From NCBI GenBank assembly GCA_964588985.1, contig CAZPQW010000018.1, positions 8,442 to 72,441 on the forward strand: 64,000 bases of DNA, in the 5' to 3' direction. Position 1 is the first letter of the stretch. The number at the start of each line of letters is the position of its first letter. The stretch is from an uncultured Solirubrobacteraceae bacterium. GTDB lineage: Bacteria; Actinomycetota; Thermoleophilia; Solirubrobacterales; Solirubrobacteraceae. Below, piece by piece: positions 8,746 to 18,663 of the stretch. The translations under genes were made by a program, and so were the position numbers. The notes beneath the pieces are model-generated. The model searched no databases. It saw only the letters and a program-made list of their open reading frames with translations, and was not told where the DNA came from.

Positions 8746-10620
8746 TTACTCGACCGTGACCGTCTTCGCGAGGTTGCGGGGCTGGTCCACGTTCAGGCCG
8801 CGGCGCCGGGCGATGTCATACGCGAGCACCTGCAGCGGGATCACCGCGAGCATCGGCTGCAGCATCCAGTCGACCGCCGGCACCGTCAGCACCGCGTCCG
8901 CGTGCTGGGCGACGCGCTCGTCGCCCTCGGTGGTGACCGCGATCACGTGCGCCCCGCGGGCCTGCACCTCCTGCATGTTCGACGCGACCTTCTCCAGCAC
9001 CGGCGAGTCGGTGGCCACGCACACCACGGGGGTTGAGTCGTCCAACAGCGCGATCGGGCCGTGCTTCATCTCGCCGGCCGCATATGCGTCGGTGGCTATG
9101 TAGGAGATCTCCTTCAACTTCAACGCGCCCTCCAGGGCGGCGGGCAGGCCTATGTGGCGGCCTATATATAGAAAGAAATCGCTGCCCCAGTAGCGCTCCG
9201 CGACCGGCTTCACCTGCGCCTCCACGCCACTCAGCACGTGCTCGATCGAGTGCGGCAACCGCTTGACCTCGCCCACCAGCTCGGTCAGCCGCTCGGGCGC
9301 GAGCGTGCCGCGCAGCTCCGCTAGGCGCAGGCCGAGCAGGTACATCACCGCGACCTGGCACAGGAACGTCTTCGTCGCCGCGACCCCCACCTCGAGGCCC
9401 GCGCGGGTGAACAGCACGCCGTCGGAGTCGCGTGTCGCCTGCGACCCCATCACGTTCGTCACAGCTAACACCCTCGCGCCGCGTTCGCGCGCCAGGCGCA
9501 TCGCCGCGAGCGTGTCCGCCGTCTCGCCCGACTGCGTGATCCCAATCACCAGGTCACCGGAGCCGACCACGGGGTTGCGGTAGCGGTACTCGGACGCGAC
9601 GTCCATCTCCACCGGTATGCGCGCCCACTCTTCGATCGCGTAGCGGCCGATCATGCCCGCGTGGTAGGAGGTGCCGCACGCGACGATCACGATCCGCTGC
9701 ACGTCCCGCAGGAGCGCCTCGTCGAGCGCGCCGTCCTCCCGCAGGTCCACGCCGTCGCCGCGCGCCGTGCGGTCTGACACCGCGTCCGCCACCGCGTCGG
9801 CCTGTTCGTGGATCTCCTTCAGCATGAACGTCTCGTAGCCGCCCTTCTCGGCGGTCTCCTCGTCCCAGTCGACCGTGTGCTCCGGCCGCTCCACCGGCTC
9901 GCCCGCGGCCGTCGTGATCGTCACGCCCGCGGGCGTCAGCACCACGATCTCGCCGTTTTCGACGTACTGCACGCGCCGGGTCTGCGCGAGGAAGCCGGGC
10001 ACCGCTGAAGCGATGAACTGCTCGCCGTCGCCGCGACCCACGATCAGCGGGCACTCCTTGCGCGCGCCCACCAGCACCTCCGGCTCGTCCGCGCTCATCG
10101 CCACGAATGCGTAGTGGCCCTCCAGCTGCGCGTACGCCGCGCGCACCGCGTCCGCCAGGTCGCCGTCGTAGAGGGTCGCGATCAGGTGCGCGATCACCTC
10201 CGCGTCGGTCTCTGAGGTGAACGTGCTGCCCTGCTCCAGCAGTCGCTCCTTCAGCGCCATGTAGTTCTCCACGATCCCGTTCACCACCACGTGCACGCGG
10301 TTGCCCGTGTCGTAGTGCGGATGGGCGTTCTCCTCAGTCACGCGCCCGTGGGTCGCCCAGCGCGTGTGGCCGATGCCAGTCGTCGCGACGCGCTCCGCCA
10401 CCGCCACACCGCCGCCGTTGGACGCGGCTGCCCGGTCGGCGCTGTCGAGCTTGGCCTGCAGCGCGGAGAGGTTGCCCACCGCGCGCACCGCGTCGATGTG
10501 ATCCTCGGCTATGACCGAGATGCCGGCGGAGTCATAGCCGCGGTACTCGAGCTTGGTCAACCCCGCGAGCAGCAGCTCCCGCACAGGACGCGAACCGACG
10601 TAGCCGACGATGCCGCACAC
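8746..10620 (-). CDS. glmS: glutamine--fructose-6-phosphate transaminase
   Basis: MCGIVG, EYRGYDSAG, GHTRWATHG, QSGETADT, PRNLAKTVTVE. Confidence 0.98.
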   Translation of the reverse strand: MCGIVGYVGSRPVRELLLAGLTKLEYRGYDSAGISVIAEDHIDAVRAVGNLSALQAKLDSADRAAASNGGGVAVAERVATTGIGHTRWATHGRVTEENAHPHYDTGNRVHVVVNGIVENYMALKERLLEQGSTFTSETDAEVIAHLIATLYDGDLADAVRAAYAQLEGHYAFVAMSADEPEVLVGARKECPLIVGRGDGEQFIASAVPGFLAQTRRVQYVENGEIVVLTPAGVTITTAAGEPVERPEHTVDWDEETAEKGGYETFMLKEIHEQADAVADAVSDRTARGDGVDLREDGALDEALLRDVQRIVIVACGTSYHAGMIGRYAIEEWARIPVEMDVASEYRYRNPVVGSGDLVIGITQSGETADTLAAMRLARERGARVLAVTNVMGSQATRDSDGVLFTRAGLEVGVAATKTFLCQVAVMYLLGLRLAELRGTLAPERLTELVGEVKRLPHSIEHVLSGVEAQVKPVAERYWGSDFFLYIGRHIGLPAALEGALKLKEISYIATDAYAAGEMKHGPIALLDDSTPVVCVATDSPVLEKVASNMQEVQARGAHVIAVTTEGDERVAQHADAVLTVPAVDWMLQPMLAVIPLQVLAYDIARRRGLNVDQPRNLAKTVTVE

Positions 10621-10680
10621 CTGTTCGAAGATACCAGCGGCACCCCACGGCTCCGCTTGGGCTGGACGGAAGGCCGAGCC

Positions 10681-12003
10681 TCAGGCGAGCTCGCGCTCGA
10701 CGACCCCGACCAAGCGCATGCACACGTCCTGCGCCTCCTGCTCGGTGGGCGCCTCCACCATCACGCGCACCAGCGGCTCGGTGCCGCTGGGGCGCACGAG
10801 CACGCGTCCGCGGCCGCTGAGCTCGCGCTCGGCGTCGTCCACCGCTGCGTCGAGGCCGCCCGCGTGCTTGATCGCGTCGCGGTCGCGCACGCGCACGTTC
10901 ACCAGCCGTTGCGGGAGCTTCGTCATAGCGTCGCGCTCGCTCAGCCTGCGCCCGCCGAGCGCCTCGAGCGTCAGCAGCGCGCTCGCGATGCCGTCGCCGG
11001 TGCGGTTGAAGCCCATCTCGATGATGTGCCCCGACTGCTCGCCTCCGAGCATCCAGCCGCGTGCGCGCAGCTCCTCGAGCACGTAGCGGTCGCCCACGTT
11101 CGCGGTCGCCACCTCCACGCCCTCGCGTTTCATCGCCGCGTGAAAGCCGTAGTTGGTCATCACCGTCACCGCCACCCCGTTGCCCGCGAGGCGCCCGCTG
11201 TCGCGCAGGTGAAGCGTCGCGAGCGCCATCAGCTCGTCGCCGTCGACCACCTCGCCGCGGTCGTCCACCGCGAGCACGCGGTCGCCGTCGCCGTCGAACG
11301 CGAAGCCGATCGAGTGCCCACCCGCCACGACCTGCTCGGCGAGGCTCTCGATGTGCGTGGAGCCGCAGCCGGCGTTGATGTTGCGCCCGTCGGGCTCGTC
11401 CGCGATCGCCGTCACCTTCGCGCCGAGGCGCCTGAAGATCTCCGGCGCGACCTGGAACGTCGCGCCGTTGGCGCAGTCCAGCAGCACGTCCACCCCGTGG
11501 AGGTCGAGGCCCGCGAAGCGTGTGTGCAGCTCGCGCAGGTAGTCCTCGGGCGCTCCGCGCAGCTCGCGCACGTGCCCGATCTTCGACGCCGTGTCCGGCC
11601 GGGCGGGGCTCTCCAGCTCCCGCTCGATCGCGAGCTCCGTCTCGTCGGTGAGCTTGTAGCCGTCGCCGCCGAAGAACTTGATTCCGTTGTCCTCGTAGGG
11701 GTTGTGCGACGCGGACAGCACCACCGCGAGGTCGAAGCCGTAGCGGCCGATCAGCAGCGGCGCGGCGGGCGTGGGCAGCACGCCTCCGAGCAGCGCGTCG
11801 CCGCCCGCCGCGCTCACGCCCGCCGCGAGCGCGGCCTGCAGCATCTCTCCCGACTGGCGCGTGTCGCGCACGATCAGCACGCGCGCGTGCTCCACGCCGG
11901 TCTGGTGCGTCGCCGCACGGCCGAGGCCCAGCGCGAGCTCGGCCGACAGGAACTCACCGGCGACGCCTCGAACGCCGTCGGTCCCGAACAACTTGCGGGT
12001 CAT
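10681..12003 (-). CDS. glmM: phosphoglucosamine mutase
   Basis: FGTDGVRG, SASHNP, DGDGDR, GEQSGH, RPSGTEP. Confidence 0.97.
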   Translation of the reverse strand: MTRKLFGTDGVRGVAGEFLSAELALGLGRAATHQTGVEHARVLIVRDTRQSGEMLQAALAAGVSAAGGDALLGGVLPTPAAPLLIGRYGFDLAVVLSASHNPYEDNGIKFFGGDGYKLTDETELAIERELESPARPDTASKIGHVRELRGAPEDYLRELHTRFAGLDLHGVDVLLDCANGATFQVAPEIFRRLGAKVTAIADEPDGRNINAGCGSTHIESLAEQVVAGGHSIGFAFDGDGDRVLAVDDRGEVVDGDELMALATLHLRDSGRLAGNGVAVTVMTNYGFHAAMKREGVEVATANVGDRYVLEELRARGWMLGGEQSGHIIEMGFNRTGDGIASALLTLEALGGRRLSERDAMTKLPQRLVNVRVRDRDAIKHAGGLDAAVDDAERELSGRGRVLVRPSGTEPLVRVMVEAPTEQEAQDVCMRLVGVVERELA

Positions 12004-12031
12004 GCTGGCCCCCTTCTCAGCTAGCTAGGAA

Positions 12032-12889
12032 CTAGCGCTTCGAGAACTGCGGCTTCTTGCGCGCCTTCTTCAGACCGGCCTTCTTGCGCTCCTTGGCGCG
12101 CGAGTCGCGCGTCAGGAAGCCGCGGCGCTTGAGCTCGCCACGCAGGTTCGGGTCTGCCTCCAGCAGCGCACGCGACACGCCGTGGCGCAGCGCGCCGGCC
12201 TGTGCGGAGATGCCGCCGCCGTGGAGTCGCGCGACGACGTCCATCTTCTCCTGGAAGCCGACCGTCTCGAGCGGCTGACGGATGTTGCGCTGGAGGGTGA
12301 TGCGCGGGAAGTGCTGCTCCAGCGTGCGCCCGTTGATCGTGTAGGTGCCGGTGCCGGGGCGCAGCGTCACGCGGGCGATCGCCGTCTTGCGCTTGCCCGT
12401 CGCGCGGTAGCGCGCGCCGGAGGCGAGGTCGATCGCGGCGGTTGAGATCGGTTCGGAGAGCGGTTCGTCCTGCTCCTCCTCGGCGTCCGAGTCCGTGTCC
12501 TCCGACTCCTCGCCGATCGCGTAGGGGTCGATGTACTCGTCGGCGCTGCTGCTGCTGCTGCGGCCGAGGGGGTCGACGCCCTCGGGGACGATGTCCACTT
12601 CGAGATGGGCTCCGGGCACCGCGGGCTTCTCGCGCGGAGCGGGCTCCTCTTCCTCGTCCTCCTCCACCGCGGCCTCGACCGCGACCTTGTCTTCGGCCTC
12701 CTCGAGCGCCTCCAGCGGTGCGTCCTCGATCGAGCCCGCGATCTCCTCGGCGTCGGCTGTGGGGACCGCGTGGCCCTCGCCTGCCGGCTGGTGCTCGGCG
12801 CTCGTCTCGGCTGGCTGCTCCGCGCTTGCCTCGGCGGCGGGCTGCTCCTCGGGGGTCTCCCCCGCTGCGGTTGTCTCGTCGTCTGCCAT
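12032..12889 (-). CDS. rpsI: 30S ribosomal protein S9 with ~160-aa acidic N-terminal extension
   Basis: [40 protein letters not shown]. Confidence 0.97.
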   Translation of the reverse strand: MADDETTAAGETPEEQPAAEASAEQPAETSAEHQPAGEGHAVPTADAEEIAGSIEDAPLEALEEAEDKVAVEAAVEEDEEEEPAPREKPAVPGAHLEVDIVPEGVDPLGRSSSSSADEYIDPYAIGEESEDTDSDAEEEQDEPLSEPISTAAIDLASGARYRATGKRKTAIARVTLRPGTGTYTINGRTLEQHFPRITLQRNIRQPLETVGFQEKMDVVARLHGGGISAQAGALRHGVSRALLEADPNLRGELKRRGFLTRDSRAKERKKAGLKKARKKPQFSKR

Positions 12890-13335
12890 CAGGCCTCTAT
12901 CTCAAGGGGTTGGGGGTTCTGAGCGACATGCGGGTGCTCTGGCCCGGCGTAGATCTTCAGCTTGGTGATCTGCTTGCGCGCGAGGCGATTGCGGGGCATC
13001 ATGCCTTTGACCGCGAGGCGGATGATCTCCTCGGGGCGTCGGGCGAGCATCTCCTCGAACGTGCGCGAGCGCAGGCCGCCCGGGTAGCCGGAGTGGCGGT
13101 AGTAGCGCTTGTCGGCGCGCTTGTTGCCGCTGACGTGGATCTTCTCCGCGTTTACGACCACGACGAAGTCGCCGGTGTCGATGTGCGGCGTGTACTCGGG
13201 CTTGCGCTTGCCGCGCAGCACGTCCGCGATCTGTGTCGCGAGGCGTCCGAGCGTCTTGCCGTTCGCGTCGACGATGAGCCAGTTGCGCTCACGGTCGGTC
13301 GGCTTCGCGACGTATGTCTTCTGGGAGGGGGCCAT
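12889..13335 (-). CDS. rplM: 50S ribosomal protein L13
   Basis: [32 protein letters not shown]. Confidence 0.98.
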   Translation of the reverse strand: MAPSQKTYVAKPTDRERNWLIVDANGKTLGRLATQIADVLRGKRKPEYTPHIDTGDFVVVVNAEKIHVSGNKRADKRYYRHSGYPGGLRSRTFEEMLARRPEEIIRLAVKGMMPRNRLARKQITKLKIYAGPEHPHVAQNPQPLEIEA

Positions 13336-13406
13336 AACGTGAAAAAGGCCACGCGAGAGCGCGCGGCGCTGGATGCATCATAGGCGAAGTTGCGTTCGCT
13401 CGCGGA

Positions 13407-15023
13407 CTACTCCCACTCGATCGTGCCGGGCGGCTTCGACGTGATGTCGAGAACCACCCGGTTGACCTCGCGCAGCTCGTTGATCATGCGCGAGGCGATC
13501 GTCTCGAGCAGGTCGTACGGGAGTCTCGCCCAGTCGGCTGTCATGGCGTCGTCGCTGGTGACCGCGCGCACGACGACCACGTAGCCGTACGTGCGCTCGT
13601 CGCCCTGCACGCCGACGGTGCGCACGTCGGGGAGCACGCAGAAGGACTGCCACAGCTCGCGGTAGAGCCCCGCCTTGCGGATCTCCTCCTGGAGGATGTG
13701 GTCGGCCTCGCGCAGCACGTCGAGGCGCTCCTTGGTCGCTTCGCCGCCGACGACGCGGATCGCGAGGCCCGGCCCGGGGAAGGGCTGGCGCCAGACGAGC
13801 CGTTCGGGCAGACCCAGCTCGGCCCCGACGGCGCGCACCTCGTCCTTGAACAGGGCGCGAAGCGGCTCGACGAGCTCGAACTGGAGGTCGTCGGGCAGGC
13901 CGCCGACGTTGTGGTGGGACTTGATCGTCGCCGCGCCGGTGCCGCCGCCGGACTCGATCACGTCGGAGTAGAGCGTGCCCTGGACGAGGAACGCGGCGCT
14001 GTCCCCGCCGTCGGCGCCGACGAGCTTCTCGGCCTCCTCCTCGAACACGCGGATGAACTCCGCGCCGATCGCTTTGCGCTTCGCCTCGGGCTCGGTGACG
14101 CCCTTGAGCTTGTCGAGGAAGCGCGTCTCGGCGTCGACCGCGACGAGCGGCACCTTGAACGTGTCGCGGAAGGTCTTGACGACCTGTTCTCCCTCGTCCT
14201 TGCGCATCAGGCCGTGGTCGACGAACACGCACGTGAGCTGCTCTCCGACGGCGCGGTGCACGAGCAGCGCGGCCACCGAGGAGTCGACGCCGCCGGAGAG
14301 CCCGCAGATGACGTTGCCGTCCCCCACCTGTTCGCGGATGCGGCGGATCTGTTCCTCGACGATCGACGCCGCCGACCACGTCGGCTCGCAGCCGCACACC
14401 TCGGTGAGGAAGCGCGTGAGGATCTCCTGCCCGTAGGGGGTGTGGACGACCTCGGGGTGGAACTGAATGCCGTAGATCGAGCGCTCGGTGTCCTCCACCG
14501 CGGCGACGGGCGAGCTGGTGGAGGAGGCGAGCGCGGTGAAGCCGGGGGGCGCCTCGTAGACGGTGTCGCGGTGGGACATCCAGCAGGTCTGCTCGCGCGG
14601 CATGCCCTTGAGCAGCGTGCCCGTGTCGGACACGTGCAGGTCGGAGCGCCCGAACTCCCCCACCTCCGCCTGCTCGACGCGCCCGCCGAGCGAGTGGACG
14701 AGCAGCTGCATGCCGTAGCAGATGCCCATCACCGGGACGCCCAGCTCGAGCAGGCCGAGATCGAGCGGCGGCGCGCCGTCGGCGTACACCGATGCGGGGC
14801 CGCCGGAGAGGATGATCCCGCGCGGTTTGCGCCGAGCGACCTCCTCCAGCGGGACGTGGTGCGGCAGCAGCTCGCTGAACACGCCGCAGTCGCGGACCCT
14901 GCGGGCGATCAGCTGCGAGTACTGACCGCCGTAGTCGAGGACGATTATCTCTTCGGTTGCCGCGGGCGCGATGCTCGGTGGCTCGGCGACCGCCTCAGAC
15001 GCCGTGACAGCCGAACTAGTCAT
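13407..15023 (-). CDS. guaA: GMP synthase (glutamine-hydrolysing)
   Basis: [37 protein letters not shown]. Confidence 0.98.
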   Translation of the reverse strand: MTSSAVTASEAVAEPPSIAPAATEEIIVLDYGGQYSQLIARRVRDCGVFSELLPHHVPLEEVARRKPRGIILSGGPASVYADGAPPLDLGLLELGVPVMGICYGMQLLVHSLGGRVEQAEVGEFGRSDLHVSDTGTLLKGMPREQTCWMSHRDTVYEAPPGFTALASSTSSPVAAVEDTERSIYGIQFHPEVVHTPYGQEILTRFLTEVCGCEPTWSAASIVEEQIRRIREQVGDGNVICGLSGGVDSSVAALLVHRAVGEQLTCVFVDHGLMRKDEGEQVVKTFRDTFKVPLVAVDAETRFLDKLKGVTEPEAKRKAIGAEFIRVFEEEAEKLVGADGGDSAAFLVQGTLYSDVIESGGGTGAATIKSHHNVGGLPDDLQFELVEPLRALFKDEVRAVGAELGLPERLVWRQPFPGPGLAIRVVGGEATKERLDVLREADHILQEEIRKAGLYRELWQSFCVLPDVRTVGVQGDERTYGYVVVVRAVTSDDAMTADWARLPYDLLETIASRMINELREVNRVVLDITSKPPGTIEWE

Positions 15024-16209
15024 TGACGAGCTGTGCGACCTTCCCGTTCGTGGCGCCCATGCCGACGCCCTGGTCGCGCTGCAGCGCCTTGCCCTCGGTC
15101 TGCAGGGCGGGCGCGACGACTACCTCGGCGCGGTTGAACTCGGCGAGGTCCTTGTGTCCGCAGGTGGCCATCGAGGTGCGCAGGCCGCCGAACAGGTTGA
15201 ACGTGCCGTCGTTCTCGCGCGCGGGACCGGTGAGGATCTCCTCGAGCGTGCCGTTCTGCGTGGTCGCGACGCGTGCGCCGCGCGGGAGCGTGGGATGGAA
15301 CGTGGCCATGCCCCAGTGGAAGCCCCGTCCGGGGGCCTCGTAGGCGCGCGCGAGCGGGGAGCCGATCATCACTGCGTCGGCGCCGAGCGCGATCGCCTTG
15401 GAGACGTCGCCGCCGTTGCGCATGCCGCCGTCGGCGATCACCTGGCTGTACTCGCCGGTCTCGAGCATGTGCGTCGAGCGGGCGTGGGCCACGTCGGCGA
15501 TCGCTGTCGCCTGCGGCACTCCGATCCCGAGCACTCCGCGCGTGGTGCACGCCGCGCCGGGGCCGACCCCGACGAGCACGCCGGCGGCGCCGGTGCGCAT
15601 CAGGTGCAGACCCGTGTGGTAGGACGCGCAGCCGCCGACGACGACGGGCACGTCGAGCGACGGGATGAACTCCTTCAGGTTGAGCGGCTCGGAGACGGTC
15701 GAGACGTGTTCGCCGGAGACGACGGTGCCCTGGATGACGAGCACGTCGAGGCCCGCCTCCAGCGCGATCTCGTGATAGGCGAGCACGCGCTGCGGCGTGA
15801 GCGACGCGGCGACGACGACCTTCTGTTCCTTGATCTCGCGGATGCGCTGGGCGATCAGCTCGGGCTTGACGGGCTCGGCGTAGATCTCCTGCATCTCGCG
15901 CGTGGCGAGGTCCTTGGGCAGGTGGGAGATGCGCTCGAGCTGCTCCTCGGCGTCCTCGTAGCGGGTGAAGATCCCCTCGAGGTTGAGCACCGCGAGGCCG
16001 CCCAGCCGCCCGACGATGCCGGCGGTCTCGGGGGATACGACGCCGTCCATCGCGGAGGCGAGCATCGGCAGGTCGAACTGGTAGGGCCCGAGCTTCCAGG
16101 AGATGTCGATGTCGTCGGGGTCGCGCGTGCGCCGGGAAGGAACTATCGCGATGTCGTCGAACCCGTATGCACGGCGAGCTTTCTTGCCGCGGCCGATTTC
16201 TATCTCCAT
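15016..16209 (-). CDS. GuaB3-family IMP dehydrogenase-related protein
   Basis: [39 protein letters not shown]; no CBS domains. Confidence 0.92.
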   Translation of the reverse strand: MEIEIGRGKKARRAYGFDDIAIVPSRRTRDPDDIDISWKLGPYQFDLPMLASAMDGVVSPETAGIVGRLGGLAVLNLEGIFTRYEDAEEQLERISHLPKDLATREMQEIYAEPVKPELIAQRIREIKEQKVVVAASLTPQRVLAYHEIALEAGLDVLVIQGTVVSGEHVSTVSEPLNLKEFIPSLDVPVVVGGCASYHTGLHLMRTGAAGVLVGVGPGAACTTRGVLGIGVPQATAIADVAHARSTHMLETGEYSQVIADGGMRNGGDVSKAIALGADAVMIGSPLARAYEAPGRGFHWGMATFHPTLPRGARVATTQNGTLEEILTGPARENDGTFNLFGGLRTSMATCGHKDLAEFNRAEVVVAPALQTEGKALQRDQGVGMGATNGKVAQLVND

Positions 16210-16328
16210 TGCCGGATCCTCTCAGTTGCCGCGGACGAGAAAACCCCGCGCGAAGCGGGGCCAAAAGAGGGTTGGCGGGGCGCCTGAAGAGCCTTGTAGG
16301 TGACCGCTGCCAAGTGAAGACGAGCATA
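16210..16328 (-). promoter_or_regulatory. guaB3 promoter (extended -10 TGc-TATGCT) and structured 5' leader with an intrinsic terminator; candidate attenuator/riboswitch
   Basis: -10 at 16328-16323; hairpin CCCCGC-UUCGC-GCGGGG-UUUUCU at 16260-16238, upstream of SD GAGGA and ATG 16209. Confidence 0.55.
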
Positions 16329-16374
16329 GCAATCGTCACACCGGCCCTATTGCCCTTGGATATGCTCGATCGCT

Positions 16375-18663
16375 ATGGGCGACGCCGCGAGCACGCGCTA
16401 TCAACCGCATGAGATCGAGGCCCGCCGCCAGGCCGCGTGGCGCGAGCGCGACGCGTTCAGGACGCCGCCGCTGAGCGAGGAGCAGCCGCACCTCTACATC
16501 AAGCCCTCGGCGCCGTTCACGTCGGGCAACGTGCACATCGGGCACGTGCGCAGCTACTCGATCGGAGACGCGTACGCGCGTTTTCGCCGCGCGCGCGGCG
16601 AGGCGGTGCTGTTCGCGTTCGGCTTCGACGCGTTCGGCCTGCCGGCGGAGCTCGGCGCGATCGCCGGCGGGGAGTCCCCCAGCGAGTGGGTCAACCGCTG
16701 CGCGGAGCACATGACGGGACAGCTGGACAGGCTGGGCTTCTCGTTCGACTGGGAGCGCTCGTTCCTGAGCTCCGACGCGAACATGTACCGCTGGTCGCAG
16801 TGGCTGTTCCTGGTGCTGCTGGAGGCGGGCCTGATCTACCACGGCAGCGGCAACGTCGACTGGTGCGACAACTGCGAAACGACTTTGGCGTCGATCCAGG
16901 TCGAGGCGGGCGGCACGTGCTGGCGCTGTCATGGACCGGTCAGGTTGATCGAGCTGCCGCAGTGGTATCTGCGCATTAGCGCCTATCTGCAGGAGAACGA
17001 TGCTCGTTTGCAAGAGCGCGCGGACAGCGGGATCTGGGACGAGGTGTCGCTGGCGTCCCAGCAGATCGTGTTGGGACGGGTCGACGGCGTGGAGGTGGAG
17101 ATGCGCGCCACCGACTCCACGGGCGACGTGCTGACGGTGTTCACGCCCTACGGCGACGCGGTGTCGGAGGCGCGCTTCGTGCTGCTCTCCGCGCGCCATC
17201 CCGACGTCGAGAGCTGGGCATCGGACCCGGCGGTGCTCGAGCAGCTGGAGCAGCTGCGCGCGGGCGGCTGGGAGCGCAGCGCGCGCGAGGCGGAGACGAT
17301 CCCGGTGATCGACACCGGGCGTACGGTCGCGGGTCCGGACGGCGTGGCGCTGCCGGTGCTGGTCTCGCCTGTAGTGGACTCGCGCTTCGGGCCGACGGCG
17401 GTGCTGGGCGTGCCCTCGCGCGACCGTACCGACGAGGTGCTCGCGGGGCGGCTGGGGATCGAGGTGCCGGAGGACGAGGCTGACGAGGCTGCGCGGGGCG
17501 CCGGAGCGAGCGATGGCGTCGGCCCCTCCCCCACGGCCCAAGCCGCGGTGCGCTACCGCGCGTTCGACTTTGTGGTCTCGCGCCAGCGCTCGTGGGGCAC
17601 GCCGATCCCGATCGTGTACTGCGACTCGTGCGGCACGGTGCCGGTGCCGCGCGATCAGCTGCCGGTGCTGCTGCCGCTGGACATCCACCCGACGGGGACT
17701 GGCAACCCGCTGGCGGAGATGGAGGAGTTCGTGAACACGACGTGCCCGACGTGCGGCGGGCCGGCGCGACGTGAGACGGACACGCTGGACTGCCACTTCG
17801 ACGCGCTGTGGCTGTGGGTTCCCGCGTGCGTTCCGCCCGAGAATCGCGAGGACACGTTGGAGGAGATATTCGCGCTGGCGGACCTGCGCCACTGGCTGCC
17901 GTCGGAGCGCCTGGTGGCGGGCTCGGACAGCGGCAACTTCGTGTTCGACCAGCGGACGGTGACGAAGGCGCTGCGCGACATCGGCCCGCTGTCGTTCCTC
18001 GAGGATGGCGAGCCGTTCGCGGGTTGCCTGTTCCACGAGATGGTGATCAGCGAGGGGCGCAAGATGAGCAAGCACCTCGGCAACGTGGTCGACCCGGACG
18101 AGCTGATCGCGCGCTACGGCGCGGACACGGTGCGTCTGGCCGTTCTCTACGCCGCGCGCCCCCAGCGGTCGTTGAACTGGAGCGACTCGGCGGTGCTGCG
18201 CTGCCACAGGTTCCTGACGCAGGTGTGGGAGTACTCGCACGCGCGGATCGCGCGCGCCGCCGCCGTGGACCCCGAGGTCGCCGCGGCGGATACGGCCGTG
18301 GGCGAGGACGGCGAGCCGGTGAGAGACAACACGGAGCACTTCAGGGCGCAGCTGTCGAAGTGGTGCGCGAACGGCGTGGAGAAGATCACCGAGGACATGG
18401 AGGCGCTGGAGATGCACAGCGCGGTGCGCAACGTGATGCGCCTGTTCGACCGCATCAAGGACTTCGAGAAGCGAGTGCTCGCAAGACAGGACGAGCTGAG
18501 CCGCGCGAACCTCGACGCGCTGCTCGACGCGCTCGGCGTGCTCGCCCAAACCCTCGGCCCGTTCGCCCCGCACATGGCCGAGGAGCTGTGGATGACACTG
18601 GGAAACACGGAGCACAACACACAGACGCCGTGGCCAGGCGTATCGTCTCAGGTACTCGCATGA
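16375..18663 (+). CDS. leucyl-tRNA synthetase paralog (class Ia), amino-acid pocket remodelled, C-terminal domain absent
   Basis: HIGH, FDAFGLPAE, SRQRSWGTPIP, KMSKHLGN, GADTVRL, PFAPHMAEELW. Confidence 0.9.
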   Translation: MGDAASTRYQPHEIEARRQAAWRERDAFRTPPLSEEQPHLYIKPSAPFTSGNVHIGHVRSYSIGDAYARFRRARGEAVLFAFGFDAFGLPAELGAIAGGESPSEWVNRCAEHMTGQLDRLGFSFDWERSFLSSDANMYRWSQWLFLVLLEAGLIYHGSGNVDWCDNCETTLASIQVEAGGTCWRCHGPVRLIELPQWYLRISAYLQENDARLQERADSGIWDEVSLASQQIVLGRVDGVEVEMRATDSTGDVLTVFTPYGDAVSEARFVLLSARHPDVESWASDPAVLEQLEQLRAGGWERSAREAETIPVIDTGRTVAGPDGVALPVLVSPVVDSRFGPTAVLGVPSRDRTDEVLAGRLGIEVPEDEADEAARGAGASDGVGPSPTAQAAVRYRAFDFVVSRQRSWGTPIPIVYCDSCGTVPVPRDQLPVLLPLDIHPTGTGNPLAEMEEFVNTTCPTCGGPARRETDTLDCHFDALWLWVPACVPPENREDTLEEIFALADLRHWLPSERLVAGSDSGNFVFDQRTVTKALRDIGPLSFLEDGEPFAGCLFHEMVISEGRKMSKHLGNVVDPDELIARYGADTVRLAVLYAARPQRSLNWSDSAVLRCHRFLTQVWEYSHARIARAAAVDPEVAAADTAVGEDGEPVRDNTEHFRAQLSKWCANGVEKITEDMEALEMHSAVRNVMRLFDRIKDFEKRVLARQDELSRANLDALLDALGVLAQTLGPFAPHMAEELWMTLGNTEHNTQTPWPGVSSQVLA

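Noticed and set aside
10621-10680. glmS ribozyme upstream of glmS
   Set aside because: The gap is only 60 nt and has no ribozyme core consensus.
17808-18659. Apparent 284-aa N-terminal extension of the ThrC-like ORF
   Set aside because: It overlaps the LeuRS paralog in another frame; the ATGA-coupled start at 18660 is more plausible.
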